Assembly (NCBI GenBank): GCA_047495785.1
Contig: JBLDXI010000028.1
Location: forward strand, 744,001-808,000
From: Lepidodermella squamata
Taxonomy: Eukaryota; Animalia; Gastrotricha
DNA: 64,000 nucleotides
Direction: 5' to 3'
In this document: positions 35,273 to 49,800 of the stretch, piece after piece
How positions within the stretch are numbered: the stretch's first letter is position 1
How the letters are laid out: each line of letters starts with the position of its first letter
The notes under the pieces: model-generated
The model's input: only the letters and a program-made list of their open reading frames with translations
Database searches by the model: none
Told to the model about the DNA's origin: nothing
Position numbers and translations under genes: made by a program

Positions 35273-38200
35273 TTAGACAAAAGACGAAAAACCGGTCAAC
35301 GGCTGGCGCGTGCCTGCTACGTTGTTGAGTAGAAAATGTTGGCTGGACGCGTTCGAGTTCGTCGAGCCCGTTTGCTGGCCGTTCGGCGTCGAGATCGTGG
35401 CGACGGGCGCCGAGGGCGGTGCGACTGAAATTGCGGTGCTGGTTGTTGCGAAGCCGAAAGACGTCGCCGAGGCGGCGAATTGCGAACCGCCATTAGCTGT
35501 CTGTTGGCCTATGCGAATACTGGCTGTACTCGCGTAGTTGGTAATGGCGCCGGCATGAGAGCCAAACAACGGCTGGTTGGCTTGGAACGTTGAATGAGCT
35601 GCGAAAATAAAACAAGAGCAATAAAATTGATGAGAAAAAATCTGAGAATTACAAATTGGTTTAATTTTCAAAAATTCATCGAAACATTTCAAAAAATTCA
35701 AATTTTGGAAATTCATAATTTTTCATTAAATCACGTTCGATTCCGAAATTTCAAAACTTTCTAATTTATCAAGGCCCTACATCGAATTATTCGAATGCTT
35801 CGCTATTTGAGCTTTTACTCGTTTGGATCGATACAGAAGCCCTGGAATGCTCTACTTTACCCACCTAGCTCCCCCAGGTCTAGTAACAATTTTATTTGCA
35901 GGCCTATAAGACAATCGATATCGGAAAAATCAGTGATTTGTAAAATCGATAAAATCGTAAAATCAAAAATTCTAAAATTTATATCCAAAACTAGAAAAAT
36001 TCAATTTAAAAAAAAAATAAAAATTTGAATTTTTGTTTGAATTTTTCAAATGTTCATATTTCAGTTCTAAAAAGCTTTTCGAGATCTAATAAATAGCAAA
36101 AATGTCGCTGAAATTAAAAAACGTACCATTGCTAGTATTAGCATCACCAGAATCGTTCAGCATATCGTCCGAGGTTGGAATGGAGCCTTTATCCGGCGCA
36201 GTTCCAAGATCGCCCCCGAAATGCTGCTGGTCATCATCACCGTCGACGGGCGAGGACGAAGCCGATTGGCTGAAATCATCCATGGCGCTGTTCGCCGCCC
36301 CGCCCGCAAGGATTCCGCCGCTGATGCCACCCATCAGTGATCGCTGTTTCGCGCCGGTTATCGACGCAAGTTCCGATGCGATGGCACTCGCTGACGGTAC
36401 GACGGAGAAGTGAGGGGCTGTTGACACAACTGGACCGCCTATGACGGATGTCGAGGCTGAATGCGCCGATTCAGACGGTTCGTAGGCGGCTAGGCTAGGC
36501 CGAGGTGGTGATCTGAAATTTACGAAAAAAATTAATACAGATATTGGATAATTTTAAATAAAATTTAAAAAAATAACACGAGGATATATTTTAGCTTATC
36601 GAATAACTCGAAGCAATTAAACAATCAAGGGTTGATCATGCAAGCGATCGATAAACACACAAAACATGCGCTGAAAAAAACTTGACGATTTCCAAAAGCG
36701 TTGGTTAATGAAATAATTTCCTTTCAATTCAGGGAAAAAAATGCAGTAATTTACACGAAAAACAGCTCTTTTCTGGTTATTTTCAAGATTATATGGCTGA
36801 GTGCCACGTGAAAAAGTGCTCAAAAATTCCAAAATTTTCCAGATTTTTGAATGTTTGGATTGATCAAATTCAATAAAATTCAGCAAAAATTTGAAAATTT
36901 AGAAAAATACAAAAGAATTTTCCAAACAAATTTCGACATTATAATCTCACAAATGGAACTAATTTTGAACATTTTTTCACGTTGAACTCGCCAACCGATT
37001 TCACTCATTAGGTTTCTTCAAACTCGAAACACATGCTAAGAAACTCGAAATGAGAATATAAAGGATTTTTCAGCCCAAATTTAACGCTAGCATCTCATTC
37101 GTATAGTATCGAAAAACCTTAGCACGACATTGCTGCCGTGGTTATTCTGGCTCGAATTGGTGGCAGCGCTCTTCTTGCTGTGGTACCGGACACTGCCGCT
37201 GCAGCTCTGATGCACCTGAATCGGCTCGGGCATGTTGACGCGCACCGAGGCGCGCCCAACGTTGACGCTCATGCGCCACAGCGGCGTGCGCTGGGCCGCC
37301 TCGTCCGCGCTCCGAGCCGCCAACGAGCCGCCGGCACTGCGGCACTGCGGCTCTAGAACGCCTGTCGACGACCGACTCGATAGACGACTATATTCGAATT
37401 TTCGATTTCGACGGTTACAATTAACATTTGTTTATAAAACCAAAGAAAATTGCGGGACATGAGTTTTAATTTTTCAAATAAAAAGCCACAAATTTAACCA
37501 GAAAATAATTTTAAATTTCGAATTCAACTGTTTGAAAAATTTATCCTTAGCACGAATTTTAATTCGCCTGCATATTCCAGGTCAAATTTGAAATTGAGAC
37601 TAGAATTTCCTCACAGGTGGACAAAACGATAGCTTACTGGCCCTCAAAATAAAAAAAAGCTGATGAACTAAAACATTTGTAAAAAGCTCGCAATTCCACT
37701 TTCAAGGCAGTTCCGAGTTGAAATTAACTAAATGCATCATCTCATCATTTTTACAGACATATCGAACAGACTTAACGAGCTTTAACAGAATTTCGAATTT
37801 GAACTTAAAAATTAGGCGGCTAAAAATAATCTAAAAATTTGCATATTCAAGCCTAATTATTTTACGTTATGAATAAAACTAGGGGATTATTCAATAAACC
37901 TGAAAATCGCCCCGTAGTCTTGAAAACGCTGCCTAAGACGACTAACGAAAAATCGAAAATAAATACATATCATTTGAATATTGAATTTGTGCTACAATTT
38001 AAATTTTGAAATAATGTTAAATTCTAGAGGTTGAACTAAAATTAAAATTGATAGCCAGGGTGAGCAAAAATTAATTAAGCCAATCTTCGCAGAAAGTAAA
38101 ATTACCTTGGCCTGCGACTCCGCGACGTGCGGCTGTGAATCGAACTGTTGTACATGTTATGCCGATTGTGGCCCCTTAGCGCGGCGCCAAAACCAGCCGC

Positions 38201-41200
38201 AACCCCGCCGGCCGTCGCGCCACTCGCCGCGGCTAAATCCGCCGAAGTCACAGGATTCATGCCATCAGCGCCGTCTCGGCCGAACAAATGGCTAGTCGGC
38301 CGGCCGTTCGGGTAGCCATTCGACCGCCTGTGCTCACCCTGGATAACGCCATGCCGCAGCTGCGCGGCCTGTTTCGAATTTTTAACATGCCGCCGCCTGT
38401 AGCCGGACACGATCAGCGAGGCGATTAGAACAGTCAGAATCAACAGCATTCCTAACGCGATTAGGCCTAGGAACCAGTGTTGAAGGTAGTAAGGCCGGCC
38501 GTCGCTTGAGGCAAGTTCGCCGGGCCTAGGGACATATACCGAGGGTGACGCATCGCTGAACCAGCTCTGGCCAGCGTGACTGCGGGCCGCGACTCGAAAT
38601 TGCACCTCAGCCCCTCGAACCCCGGCGGGTAGGACGTCGAGGCTCACCTGGGTCGAGGCGTAGGGCGAGTCGGTCGAAAACACCCGAATCCAGGGCAAAA
38701 CCGGCGGTGATTTATCCCGAGTCGGGAAACTCGGCACCCGCCTAACATCGACTAAATAGCCGATTATCCGCGACTGGGGGTCGATTGGCGCCAAGTTTTG
38801 CGGCCGTTGGTTCTGCCAGGTGAGTCGAACATAACCCTGGGAGGGTAGAAAAACGGCCTGTAGTCCCTTTGGTGAGGGTGGAGCGTTGAAAGGCGGCTCA
38901 GTTTTCACCTCCTTCTCAGAAATCGGACCCAGCCCCACTGAGGTCGCGGCTCTTAGCGAGAATCGGTAATTCACACCCGGTATTAAATTATTGGCGACAT
39001 AACTCAATTGATCACCAGGTAATTGGACTTTTATCGACTTGAATTTGACTAAATCAACCGAATTTTGTTGAACAAGCTCGATTTGAAGTTCGTAAGATGT
39101 CAAATTGCCGTTTGGATTCAGCGGTTGGGACCATTTTAGGGTGACTGAGTCTAGCATTACGTCGGTGAATCGGAGATCAGCGGGTGCTGTTGGCAGGTCC
39201 TCGGGTGTCTCCACGTTAACGGGTGAGCTCGATGGCCCGTCACCCCCAAGACTCATCGCGGCTATAGCGACGTAATACTGCGTAAATCGCAGTAAATTCG
39301 AGATTTTCGACGAAAATTGCGATGCTGGTACAGTTTGGGTGATGACGGGTGGCGGGTCCCTTGACACCCATTTTCTGGGTGTCGCAGTCACCCTGTAGCC
39401 AATCAGCGACTCTGAAACCAAATCTTTCGGCGCAGACCAGGTTACGTTGATAGACTGAGGCGAATCCATCGTTATGACGACCTTAACCGGGGCAATTGTT
39501 GGTACAATATCGCCGACATAGATTAGGACGGGTGGGTCTGATGTAGGCCCTGTGCCGTACTTGTTGCGGGCTTCCACCCGAAATTCGTAGTCAGTATCGG
39601 CGTCGAGATTCGCGATTTCAACGGCGTAGAAATCGTCATGGCCGATGTAGGATGCGGCGACTTTTTTGTGCCGGTAATCGGTGGCCTCGAGGCAGTAGTC
39701 TTCGAGCCGGCAGTACAACACGTCGTAAAAATCGACTTCGCCCGAAATATGTGGAACGGCCTAAAAAATTGTTAAAAAATTAAAATAAAGTAAATTTTTA
39801 AATAATTTAACTTAAATTTATAAAGAATGCAAACTCACTCAACAATTTTTCTATATTTTAAATTAGGTCATTTCGAAATTTCAAAAATTAAAAATATGAA
39901 ATTTTCAAGTATTGGATGAAAATTTCAGGAAATTTCAGGATTTTCAAGAAAAATTGAAAATAACAGAAATCGACAAAGTGATTTACTATTGAAATTTTTG
40001 AATAATAGTGCTCCACTTTCAAATTCGAATTAAACTAAAAAGTATTCACGAAAAATAAAAATTTTGAAATTCTTCCTGGAATTTTAAATTTTCAAAAAAA
40101 ATTATACCTTGAATCGAACTTCAACGCTGTCAGCTTTAATCGGTCGAACGGTGAAAGATTCCGGGGCTTTCAATGGCGGTGATGAAGATGGCTGGGTCCA
40201 CTGAGTAGGGTCCGATGGACTGCCAACCCCAGCGTCATTGGTCGCAAATAACCGAAACCGGTAGCTGGTACCCGGTTCCAGCCCAGTCACCGTAAACCTC
40301 GTCTCATTCCACCTGATTTCATCCCTCCAATGCAGCCACGTCAACTCATCGAAAATCAAATTCGAATCATTCTTCTGGTACTGAAGCGTGTAATTTCGAA
40401 CAGGCAGGTACGCATCGAAGGGTGACCGCCACGTCACGGTTATCGACGCCGGGCTGTAAGACCCGTGACTATCCGGCTCGCTTGGTTTCGCCGAAACACT
40501 GAGCGGCGCTGAGGGCGGCATCATCGCTGTAGATTCGACTTGTTTCGAAAAAGTGAAAACCATTTGCGTGGTATACCCCGAGCTCCAGCCAATCGAATTT
40601 CTAGAGCCGACCATAAATTTGTACTGGGTGTCTTTTTTCAGCCCAGCGACCGTGAAATTCATGACGCTAGGCTGTAATTCGTAGTAAATCGGCGCGATTT
40701 CGTTCGAATTTTTCTCAGAAATCGCCCGGAGCCGGTAGCCAGTGATTTCATCACTGCCTTTCAAGAGCGGTTCTTCCCACCAAATTTCGACAAATGAATC
40801 ACCAATAGCGCCGAAATGCACCTTTTCAGGCGGGTCTGGCAGGTCGACGCCGGTTTTCGCGTAGAAAGGACTCGTCGAAAATGGTCCCGGGCCCATTCGA
40901 GTGAAAGCCGCGACTGAAATCGCGTACTCAGTATATTTATCCAGGCCGCAAATAATCCCGCTCAGCGTCCGATTTCCGTTGAAAATTCGTGAAAAATGGC
41001 GCCCGGATGATAGCTGAGACGCCTGTAATTTATACCCCAATATCACGCCATTTGAATTTTCATGCGGGTTGTGCAACTCGCGCCATGAAGCCGCGAGGCA
41101 CGTTGAATTTCTAGCCGTAGCCGATATGACCATAGGCGATTGGCTGGGCGTAGACTCCCAAGTCCGCCAGATTTGACCCATCGTGGCTGATATCGAACTA

Positions 41201-44200
41201 CCAACCTCAGCATTCCACGCCGAAATTTTGATTTCATAATACGTCCACGGCTTTAGCTCCGTAATTAACAACGCATTCAGCGAGGCATCGGATGTCTTTT
41301 TGGCCGACCAAGTTAGGTCGGATTTTGAAATTCGGTACTCGACAAGGTAATGCGAGGGCGTGCCATGCCATTCATCGGCGTTTAGTGGCGACCATTTAAC
41401 GACTAGACACGTCGAGTTAACAGCCCGGACTAAGACTGGAGATCGAACATTGCCTGGTATCGACGGCTGCGTGCGAAACACCCCGCTTTTCGGGCTCGCA
41501 ATCGGGTTCTTACCGGCCGCATTTATCGGCGCTAACCTGACCTGGTAACTGGTGAACGGGCGTAGATTTCGAATTGAAATCGCGTTTTTGTCAGAATTAA
41601 ACGAAAAAGGAGTCGCGTTGTAGAGAGGGACCCACATTTCGTTTGAATTCAACGTTTCGACCGAATATAGAAAAACAGGCGAGCCGCGGTCGTTGCCGGG
41701 TTTGAACGTCAAAACCACGCTATGTGACGTAACGTTTTCGTCTAAAATCTCAATTTCACTCGGCGGATCGGCTAATTCCGGTTTAACGCCCGATTTCACG
41801 TCAACGGCCTTAGCCGGGCCTAGCCCGACCCGGGTTGAGGCCGAAACCGAGACTGAGTAAAACGTGTCGTGCTGCAAATGGGTCAGGGTGACATTTGTCA
41901 CGTCGGGTTGGACTAGAATTTTTCGTAGGTTCTGCGACGATTTCGGCGCGTATTCAACGATGTATTGCGTCAGAATGCCGTTGACCTCATCCGGGGGTGT
42001 CCAAATCGCCGTCATTTGCGTATCGAAATTATCGACGATTTTCAGGGAAGACGGCGCCTCGGGCCGGTCCTCCAGGGTGCGTACAAACAAATTGTCATCG
42101 CTAAACGGGCCGAGCCCGCCCTCAGTCTCAGCCGCAATTTGAACCGAATAATTCGCATATTTCGCCAATTTTTCAACAACGTACGACTGCGATAACGGGC
42201 TAATCGCGTCGAATGGGATGTTGTAGACCAGCTTTTCCTTACTATCAACGCGGTGCAACACTAATTGGTACTGCGACAGAATTCCGTTGATTTTTTGCGG
42301 ATCCGGCTGGGACCACGCGACTGAAATCGAGGTTGAATCTCGCGGTTTTGCGTCGACGTTTTTCGGCGGAACAGTGGGGTGGCCCTGTTTTGTCCAAACG
42401 TGTTGGTCCCGCGAGAACACGCCGAGGCCCTTCTCGTTGTGAGCGCCTATTGAAACGTCGTACTGCTTGTGGGGTATCAAATTTTCGATTGCGTAAGACC
42501 GCTGGTACGGCCCGATTTCGGTCACGTTTTGGTACTCGAGCGGCGGGTTGTAGCCGGACAGGCGGTAGCGGATTAAATACCCGGCGATCTCGCCGTTTTG
42601 GTCTTCAATAGCCGGCGGTTGCCACTGCAGGACGATGCTTGCGTTTGATGGGCTGTTAGCGATGAAGTTTTGCGGCGGGCCTGATGGAGGCTGAGCTGGC
42701 AGGGTCACGTTCTGGCTCGGTGACGACGGATTACCGGCGCTATTAATGAAATAGACAAACATTAGGCATAGGAAATTATGAAACTTCAAAAATTGAAAAT
42801 TGTAAATTTTAGACCTCGAAATAACACAAATAATTCACCGGAACGGACCGATTAATAATAATACATAAAAAATATGTATAAGGTCATTTTCTTCTTTTCA
42901 AGTCGCAGAGCCAAAATTTGAGCGAACGGAAATATTTAGCGAAAAAGGATAAATTTCAGAAATTCAGAAAATTAAATAGAAATCTGAATTTAGACCAAAA
43001 ATTCTAATTAATTGAAATTTTAGAATTCAGAACCATTAAATAATGACAATCGAATTCGATTTAGATGCAACCGCCGATGAGAATTTGAAAAAATTGAATT
43101 TTTTTTTACATCTTTTCATTTTTCAAATATCTAACTTGGACATGATTTTTTAGTTGAATTGCAACATATTTTCATAAATTCCTTTTTTCACAAATCTCAC
43201 TTGTAAAATTTCATGTCCAGTTTTTCTGATATTTCCCTATCCCATTTTAATCATGAAATGAGCCAAATTTTAAATATTCTTTCTGGTGCATTTCCAGTTT
43301 TTAGGACTTGTTATTATATAGTTTAAGTGAGCTTTCGCATGACAACTCTTCAAGGTCTTATTTCTCACAGCTTTACATCACTCGCATCGCCGTAAAACGG
43401 GTTAAAACTGACACTAAACTTCATGCGCGCTTGACACAACGTGTTAATGAGGTCTAGACACACGATAATGCGCGCATTTCCTAATGCCTATAATAATGAC
43501 GATGCTACCTATAAATGCATAAATTATGAACCCAGCTTACCCGAGTTGATTGCGCGCACGCACGCGGAACGTGTAAGTGCGCGACGGCAGTAAATTGGCG
43601 ACGATGCCCTCCAGCGGCGAGCCGGCAGCAGCTTGAAAAGTCGCAATTTCAGCCCAGTCCACGTCGATAACAGCCGCACCGGGCCGTTTCGGTATTTCCA
43701 ACCGCTCGACTATGTAGTTCAGAATTGGCGAATTGCCGTCGAAGCCGGGTGACCAGAGCAGACGGACTGCTCGCGGCTGCTCCGGGGCGAGAGGTGTTGC
43801 GCTCAGAATGATTGGTGGAAAAGGCAGTTCGAGGACGGTTAAACTCGCGGATTTTGAATCGGAGCCGTAATTAGACTCGACGCGGCATTCATAAGTACCG
43901 CCATCGTCACTTCGAATCTATAATTTCATAAATTTAAATTTAAATTTGAAAAACTAGCAATTCACTCTAAAGATCACATATTGAAAGGTAATTTAACAGC
44001 ACCAAATTTAAAAAAATTTAGTTTTATTAAGCAACATAAACAAATAACTCCAACATAAGAATGATTCAGATGCGAAAATTTTCATTTTTCAAAACGTTTC
44101 TTTCTTTAAGGGATAAAGCTCGGAAAGCAAGCTTTCAGGAATCGGGACCTATGATCCTCAGTTCAATCAATTCCAGTTAGAAATTTCGAAAAAAATGTCA

Positions 44201-46370
44201 AAATTCGAGTCTAAATAGGAAGTAAGGATAATAATGGTCCACGCTTTTTTGCCTTCAATTTAGATTTTGATAAGGCTCGAATAATCTCATTGGCAAAGCG
44301 TGAAATATCAACAATGACAACTAAAAAGTCGGAATTTCCACAAATCCGCAATATCAGAAGCAAAGCGGACAGAATTTACAAATTATGCTCATTTGAATGA
44401 AAATGGAGAAAAATTCAGAAAATGTAACCTAAAATAATTTAGAAAAATTCCTGTCCTAGAGGTCAATTTTCGGATAAAGACAGGGAACATTGTTCATAAA
44501 ATAATTTGCCTGTGATATCGAGATTCAAGTATGTAATTTTCAAATATCTCCATCTGAATAACAAAGTTTCGTCCACATTTCAACATGAAAAACCCAAAAC
44601 AAATCAGGGAAATTTGTTGAATAAAATTACCTGGCTAATCAGCAGCGAATGATTGCTAGCAATTGCAAATCGGCTCTCGCCCGTCACATCAACAGCCACG
44701 CGATTGCGGTACCAACTCACAGTCGGCGCGCGGTCCGACCGCGGATCCGACTGAATCGAACACACAAACTGCACAGTCGACCCAATTTGCGCCGAGTTAT
44801 TCTGCGGCGGCAGCACAATCCTCGTGCGAGTCATAACCCTCAACGAATTCGAAGTCGACGCATTGCCCCTGGAATTTGTCGCAACACACGCGTAAATTCC
44901 CTCGTCGCTAATATTCGCCGATCGAATCAGCAATTGGCCATCGGATAACACCTCTAATCGCCCGAAAACCGGCGGGAGCACCACGCCGTTTTTCGACCAA
45001 GAAATTTTAGGCTGAGGCGCGCCGGTCGCTCGGCAGCTGAATGAAACCGAATCGCCGGATTGGATGGTTTTATCCGAGCTGGGCGACAAAATTTGCGGCG
45101 GGCTAGCTCTGACCTGAACGCGGACCGTGAAAATCGACTCATCCACCAAATTCTCAGCGACGCATTGATAAAACCCGGAGTTATCGAGCCTAACATTCCG
45201 CAACGCTAACCCGCCCGATTCCAGCAAATGAACCGCTGGGTCAGGGTTGATTGACCCGATTTTCTTGCCGTTGAAGTACCACGTCGAATTCGGAGCCGGT
45301 GAACCAACGGCGGATAACGGCCAAGAAACTGAGCTGTCTAAATCGATCATTTGCTCGCGGTCTATCGCATCGCTAGGGAACAACGGCGCGAATAGCACGT
45401 TCAATTTCGCGGTCGCATTTCGCCCGGATGAGTCACCCTTCACTAAACACTGGTACTCACCCGCGTCTTCCAGTTGTAGATACTTAATTGTCAAAAAAAT
45501 TCCGCGATTTTTTGAAATTTGAAATTGAAGGGAATCGAAAATTTTCTGCCGCTCCATGCCGCTGTCTTTAGTCGCGACAATGCGATACCACTCGACGACA
45601 ATGTCATTCGACCGTGGGATGCACTCGAATGTCACGGTTTCGGCTAGCATCGCCGACGTATCGGTTGGCCGGACGAGAAAAACCGAACTGTCCGCCGATT
45701 CCGACCCGGTTTCTTCGATCAACAACGGATGGATGAAAAATGAGTATTCGTCCTTTGTAAATCGATTCGTCGCCACGGCTCTTAACGTTAGCGCGTGTTT
45801 CGGCTCGAAAATTACGAGTGACCCATTTTGGGTGATATAAAATTGCGACGGCCGATGGCGTAGTGAAATCGAACCGCCATCCGCGCTGTCGAACCACTCG
45901 ATAATCGGGGCTGGTTGCGATTTCAACAGCCAAAACGGCGCCGTTACCAGGCTAGTCCTGCCGTAGTTGAGATTCGTCGGCAATGAGGCGTTATTCAACG
46001 CGTTTTGGTCCGGTAAATGCCATTCAGCCATTTTCAGGGTGACCCGGTGGCTGAGGATGGTCTCGCCGGTTGATGTGAAGGTGATCTGGCATCGCCAATC
46101 GCCGACATGCGTCGCGTTCGGCTTTGCGATTTGGTAACTCGGGCTCGGCCCCGAGTGTACGATTGTGCCATTCAACGACCATGTGTACGTGACTTGTTGC
46201 TTTGGCGAGGGCGAGTACGCCTGTTCGACGCCGCAGTCGAGTGAGAACGATTCAGCAGGGTTGAGCCATGAAATTTTAGCGTACGAAATTGCGGGTAAAA
46301 TTGAGCATAGTATAAGTGGTATTATTAACAACTGCCGGCAGTTTAAAATTTGTCGATAAACTGAAACCAT
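35273..46370 (-). CDS. SDK: Sidekick cell-adhesion molecule (6 Ig, 13 FN3, TM, PDZ-binding tail). Exons 46370-44631, 43917-43541, 42739-40108, 39760-38106, 37387-37118, 36512-36127, 35598-35273
   Basis: Counted 6 Ig and 13 FN3 repeats; TM PYYLQHWFLGLIALGMLLILTVLIASLIV; cytoplasmic RSPPRPS; C-terminus PLTGFSSFV is the Sidekick hallmark. Confidence 0.96.
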
Positions 46371-46849
46371 GTAAACTTGGTCATGTAAAATTTTCTAGAC
46401 ACAAAAATGAAGGAAAAATGAAATAAAATTCAAAGCGAATTTCACGATTAGAGAATACAGAAAATTCAAATTTAAACTGAAAATGAAAGATCTAAATTAA
46501 ATAAATTAGTTTTTTAAAAGGACCTAAAATAATCGAAAATTAAACTAAAATCCAGAGTTAATCCTGAAATGAATTTCAAGCAAAAGAAATAATAAGGCTT
46601 CGGAAAATATATAATAAAAATTTGTGGAAAATCTAGTAAAATGTCTCAGAAAATATGCTTGATCGAAACCATTCAAACATTTGATAATAAACCCTAGTAA
46701 ATATTTTTGAAAAACCTCGTTAAAATAGGAAAGAATAATAAATAATCTCTTCTGTTCAGTCGAGTGTTATTTGCGAAAAACTAGAAAAAGAAGAAAATTC
46801 CTGATAAAAACAGAATTTTCAAATATTAGTATTCAACTGGGTAATTTTA

Positions 46850-49800
46850 ACAACTGTATTAACGGTGTTTTGGCACGTGGAGAGCATAATATTTTACCTA
46901 GAAACCGCGCGCGCGCGGCCGCAACAACGCGAAAAAAAAACAGCCGTTGAAAAAACGTGATAGCGCAAAAAGCGGGGAAAAAGTAGGCAACAAAAATGTC
47001 GCGTGATCTTTTTATAAAACCCGCAGTTATTTGTTTATTTATACATATTATACATATCATCAGCTCGATTTCATCAGCAACAGCTATAAAATTGTACTAT
47101 ACTTGGGGGCAATAATAGCCGTAATATTATTATTATTGTTCTGTATATATAGGATGGCGGGTAAAAATTTATGCATCACGCAAAGTCGTGGCTGTAAAAT
47201 TTTTATGAAACCCCAACAATGCACTATAAATAGGTGGAGAATTTGCTGCTAATAATAATAATAGCCAATAGGGCATATGTACCTATATGAGGTTATACTA
47301 GGACGCCATATTACGCGCTTCATTGCCGTACGTTTCTAAAACTAAAGGCGTGCGGGTTAAAAGACTGTGCCTAACACATATGTCGCTATTAAAACGCGCC
47401 AGCCAGCCAGTCACAAGAGTGCGTGAGGCACAGGTAAGGTACGCGTTGCATTAGGGCGCGGGGTGTGAGCGCGTCGAAAAGATCGCACTGCTAACAACAA
47501 ACTAGGCAGTAATAATCACAACAAACACACCCGTGAAAATGATGATTTTCAGGCAGCAGCAGCCGCCTTTAGGCTATAAAACCACAAACCACACGCCACA
47601 AGAGCGTAAACACCGTTTTCGTATATGCAGGTACACAGGCCCGAGTCGAGTGGGTGTCTCGGGTCTTCGCGAACAATAGCAGTGTAAAACGCGCCCTCTG
47701 CCTGTCTCCTCCATCGTCCTCCTCGTCGTCGATAAGACACGCAAATAAAGTGCGCGAATGAATGGAACGACGTCTCAAGTGTTACTTCCGACAAAAATAG
47801 GCGGCTATCCGTATCGTATAAGAATTAGCCAAACAATTAAGGCCTACTATATCATTTTCGCGGCGTAAATAGCTCGACTTTTGCAGCTATCGATGGATAA
47901 ATATTTACGATGGGCCGACACTTCAAGTTGCAGAAATCAACATTTTTCCCATGGTATCCGTTCATCTTGAAAAATACTTGAATCAAGGTCAGATAGATAT
48001 AATCAATTCAGAGCGTTCAATGTAGCAACATGTTCTGCATTTGTAAGCAATCAACAACAACAGTGCGTGTTGCTTCCTATGTGAAAATGCACCCAAGACA
48101 AGCAACGAGTCTGTAACTTGATTTTCCATCTGAAAAGCGAGTGCAATATTCCGAGGCGCGAAAATCGCAAAATTTGACGAAAATTGATTCGAACATGGTT
48201 AGCTATCACAGGAAAAGCAAGAAGACGAAGATATTTGTTTGATAGTTTCATTACGAATATTCAAAAATTCAGAGATCAAAGATTGACTAACCCTGTCAAA
48301 ATTTCCCAAAAAATGGGCGAATTCGTCTAAGAGATGAGAATTTTTGTTTGAGGAAACAAAATCTAAAATTTGATCCTCAGTTAAAAATGTTCAAAATAAT
48401 TTCTCTTTTTGGAATATTTTTCAATAATATACGAAAGCAATAAAAAGGTTAATTAGGAAATTATCGATAATATCGAACTATTAGGATTTTTAACTCAGAA
48501 TCAACTCCCAATAATTCCGATATTTTCGAAGTTCTAAAAATGTGAGACATTTTACTAGAAAAAGTAGATATTGGGTTGTTATGTTTTCGCGTGAATTCTG
48601 GTAAAATCCAACCCCTCAAAAAACGAAAATTTATTCATTTTCTGCAGCATTTTTTATATTAAAAGCTTATAATATGAGGGGGGAATTATTGAATCGGTCG
48701 AATGCGATTCAAGTAAAAAATTGAAAAATACCTCAGCTTATTGGTATCGTTTCAATTAAAACTCTAAAAACTCCTATCAAGAAATAAATTGGCAATAAAT
48801 ACCTAAAAACTTGCATAATTGCGTATGGTGTACAAACTTTAAAATTCAGTATTTTTAAGAATAAACGAAGCGTAAAATGTGCCGGCAAAATAAATTCAGT
48901 CAACAATGGCGACATTACATTTCTAGCACACACCATTTAAAAGTGTCGCGTTAAAATTTGACACATTACACTATAGGTATTGATTGTGATGATTGAAGCG
49001 AAAGAGACGCCTATCATTTACATGACAAATGGCTGTATGAGCATCGCGCTATCATATCGCTATAATCGCCGCCTCTTAGCGATTCGTCGCAGCGATAAAT
49101 CAACAAGCGCAGTTGGTTAAAACTTTGTTGGTAATAAAGCGATGCGTGTTTGGGTCGAAAAATAGTAGCCACTACGACGATGATGATTATGATGATAATA
49201 ATATCTATCGTCGCCGTCGACATCTAATCTAGCGACAGACACAATTTTGCTAGGCCGCAATTGTTTCATTGTTGCATTGTAACAGCGGCGAGCGACGTCT
49301 TGTCCAGTGTCAGCTGCTACTGCTGCATACCTTAGGCCGAAACGAGACGTTAAAAATAACAGTATACCTTGGCGTAGTACAAACACTGCGAAAACCGCCT
49401 TTGCCGAAGTGCGAGACAAGGGGAGCCGAATGAAACGCGTTATTATTATTGTTGTTACGGCTGCTATTATTGCTGTACCTGTATTATTGCGTGTAACGCC
49501 TGTGTACTTAACAATCTAATAGCCGATGCGCTCTGAGCGCGGTGTAAAATTTCGACGACGCTGTTGACACGGGGACTGGTCGTCAAATTTGCTTGCTTGC
49601 TTGCTTTTCGTTGACAATTCAAGCGGCCGCCTTTGTTCGCTGTCAAGTCACTTTCGTGTTCTTCCTATTTCGTTATCCTCATCATCCTCTCGCAGCTAAT
49701 AGGGTTAAATGATGTGTATGGCTTAAGCTGACAAGATGTGCAAATTTGCATTTTGAAACGCATGCAAATTTCGACTCAATGAGAGAGATAATAAACTAAC

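Noticed and set aside
40102-46359. Alternative-frame and antisense ORFs over Sidekick, and a possible Dscam call
   Set aside because: The ORFs are shadows of the real CDS; 6 Ig plus 13 FN3 and the GFSSFV tail identify Sidekick, and there are no tandem alternative-exon arrays.
46833-46856. Minus-strand TTAAAATTACCCAGTTGAA resembling nematode SL1
   Set aside because: Several mismatches and no following donor or Sm site; probably chance in A/T-rich DNA.
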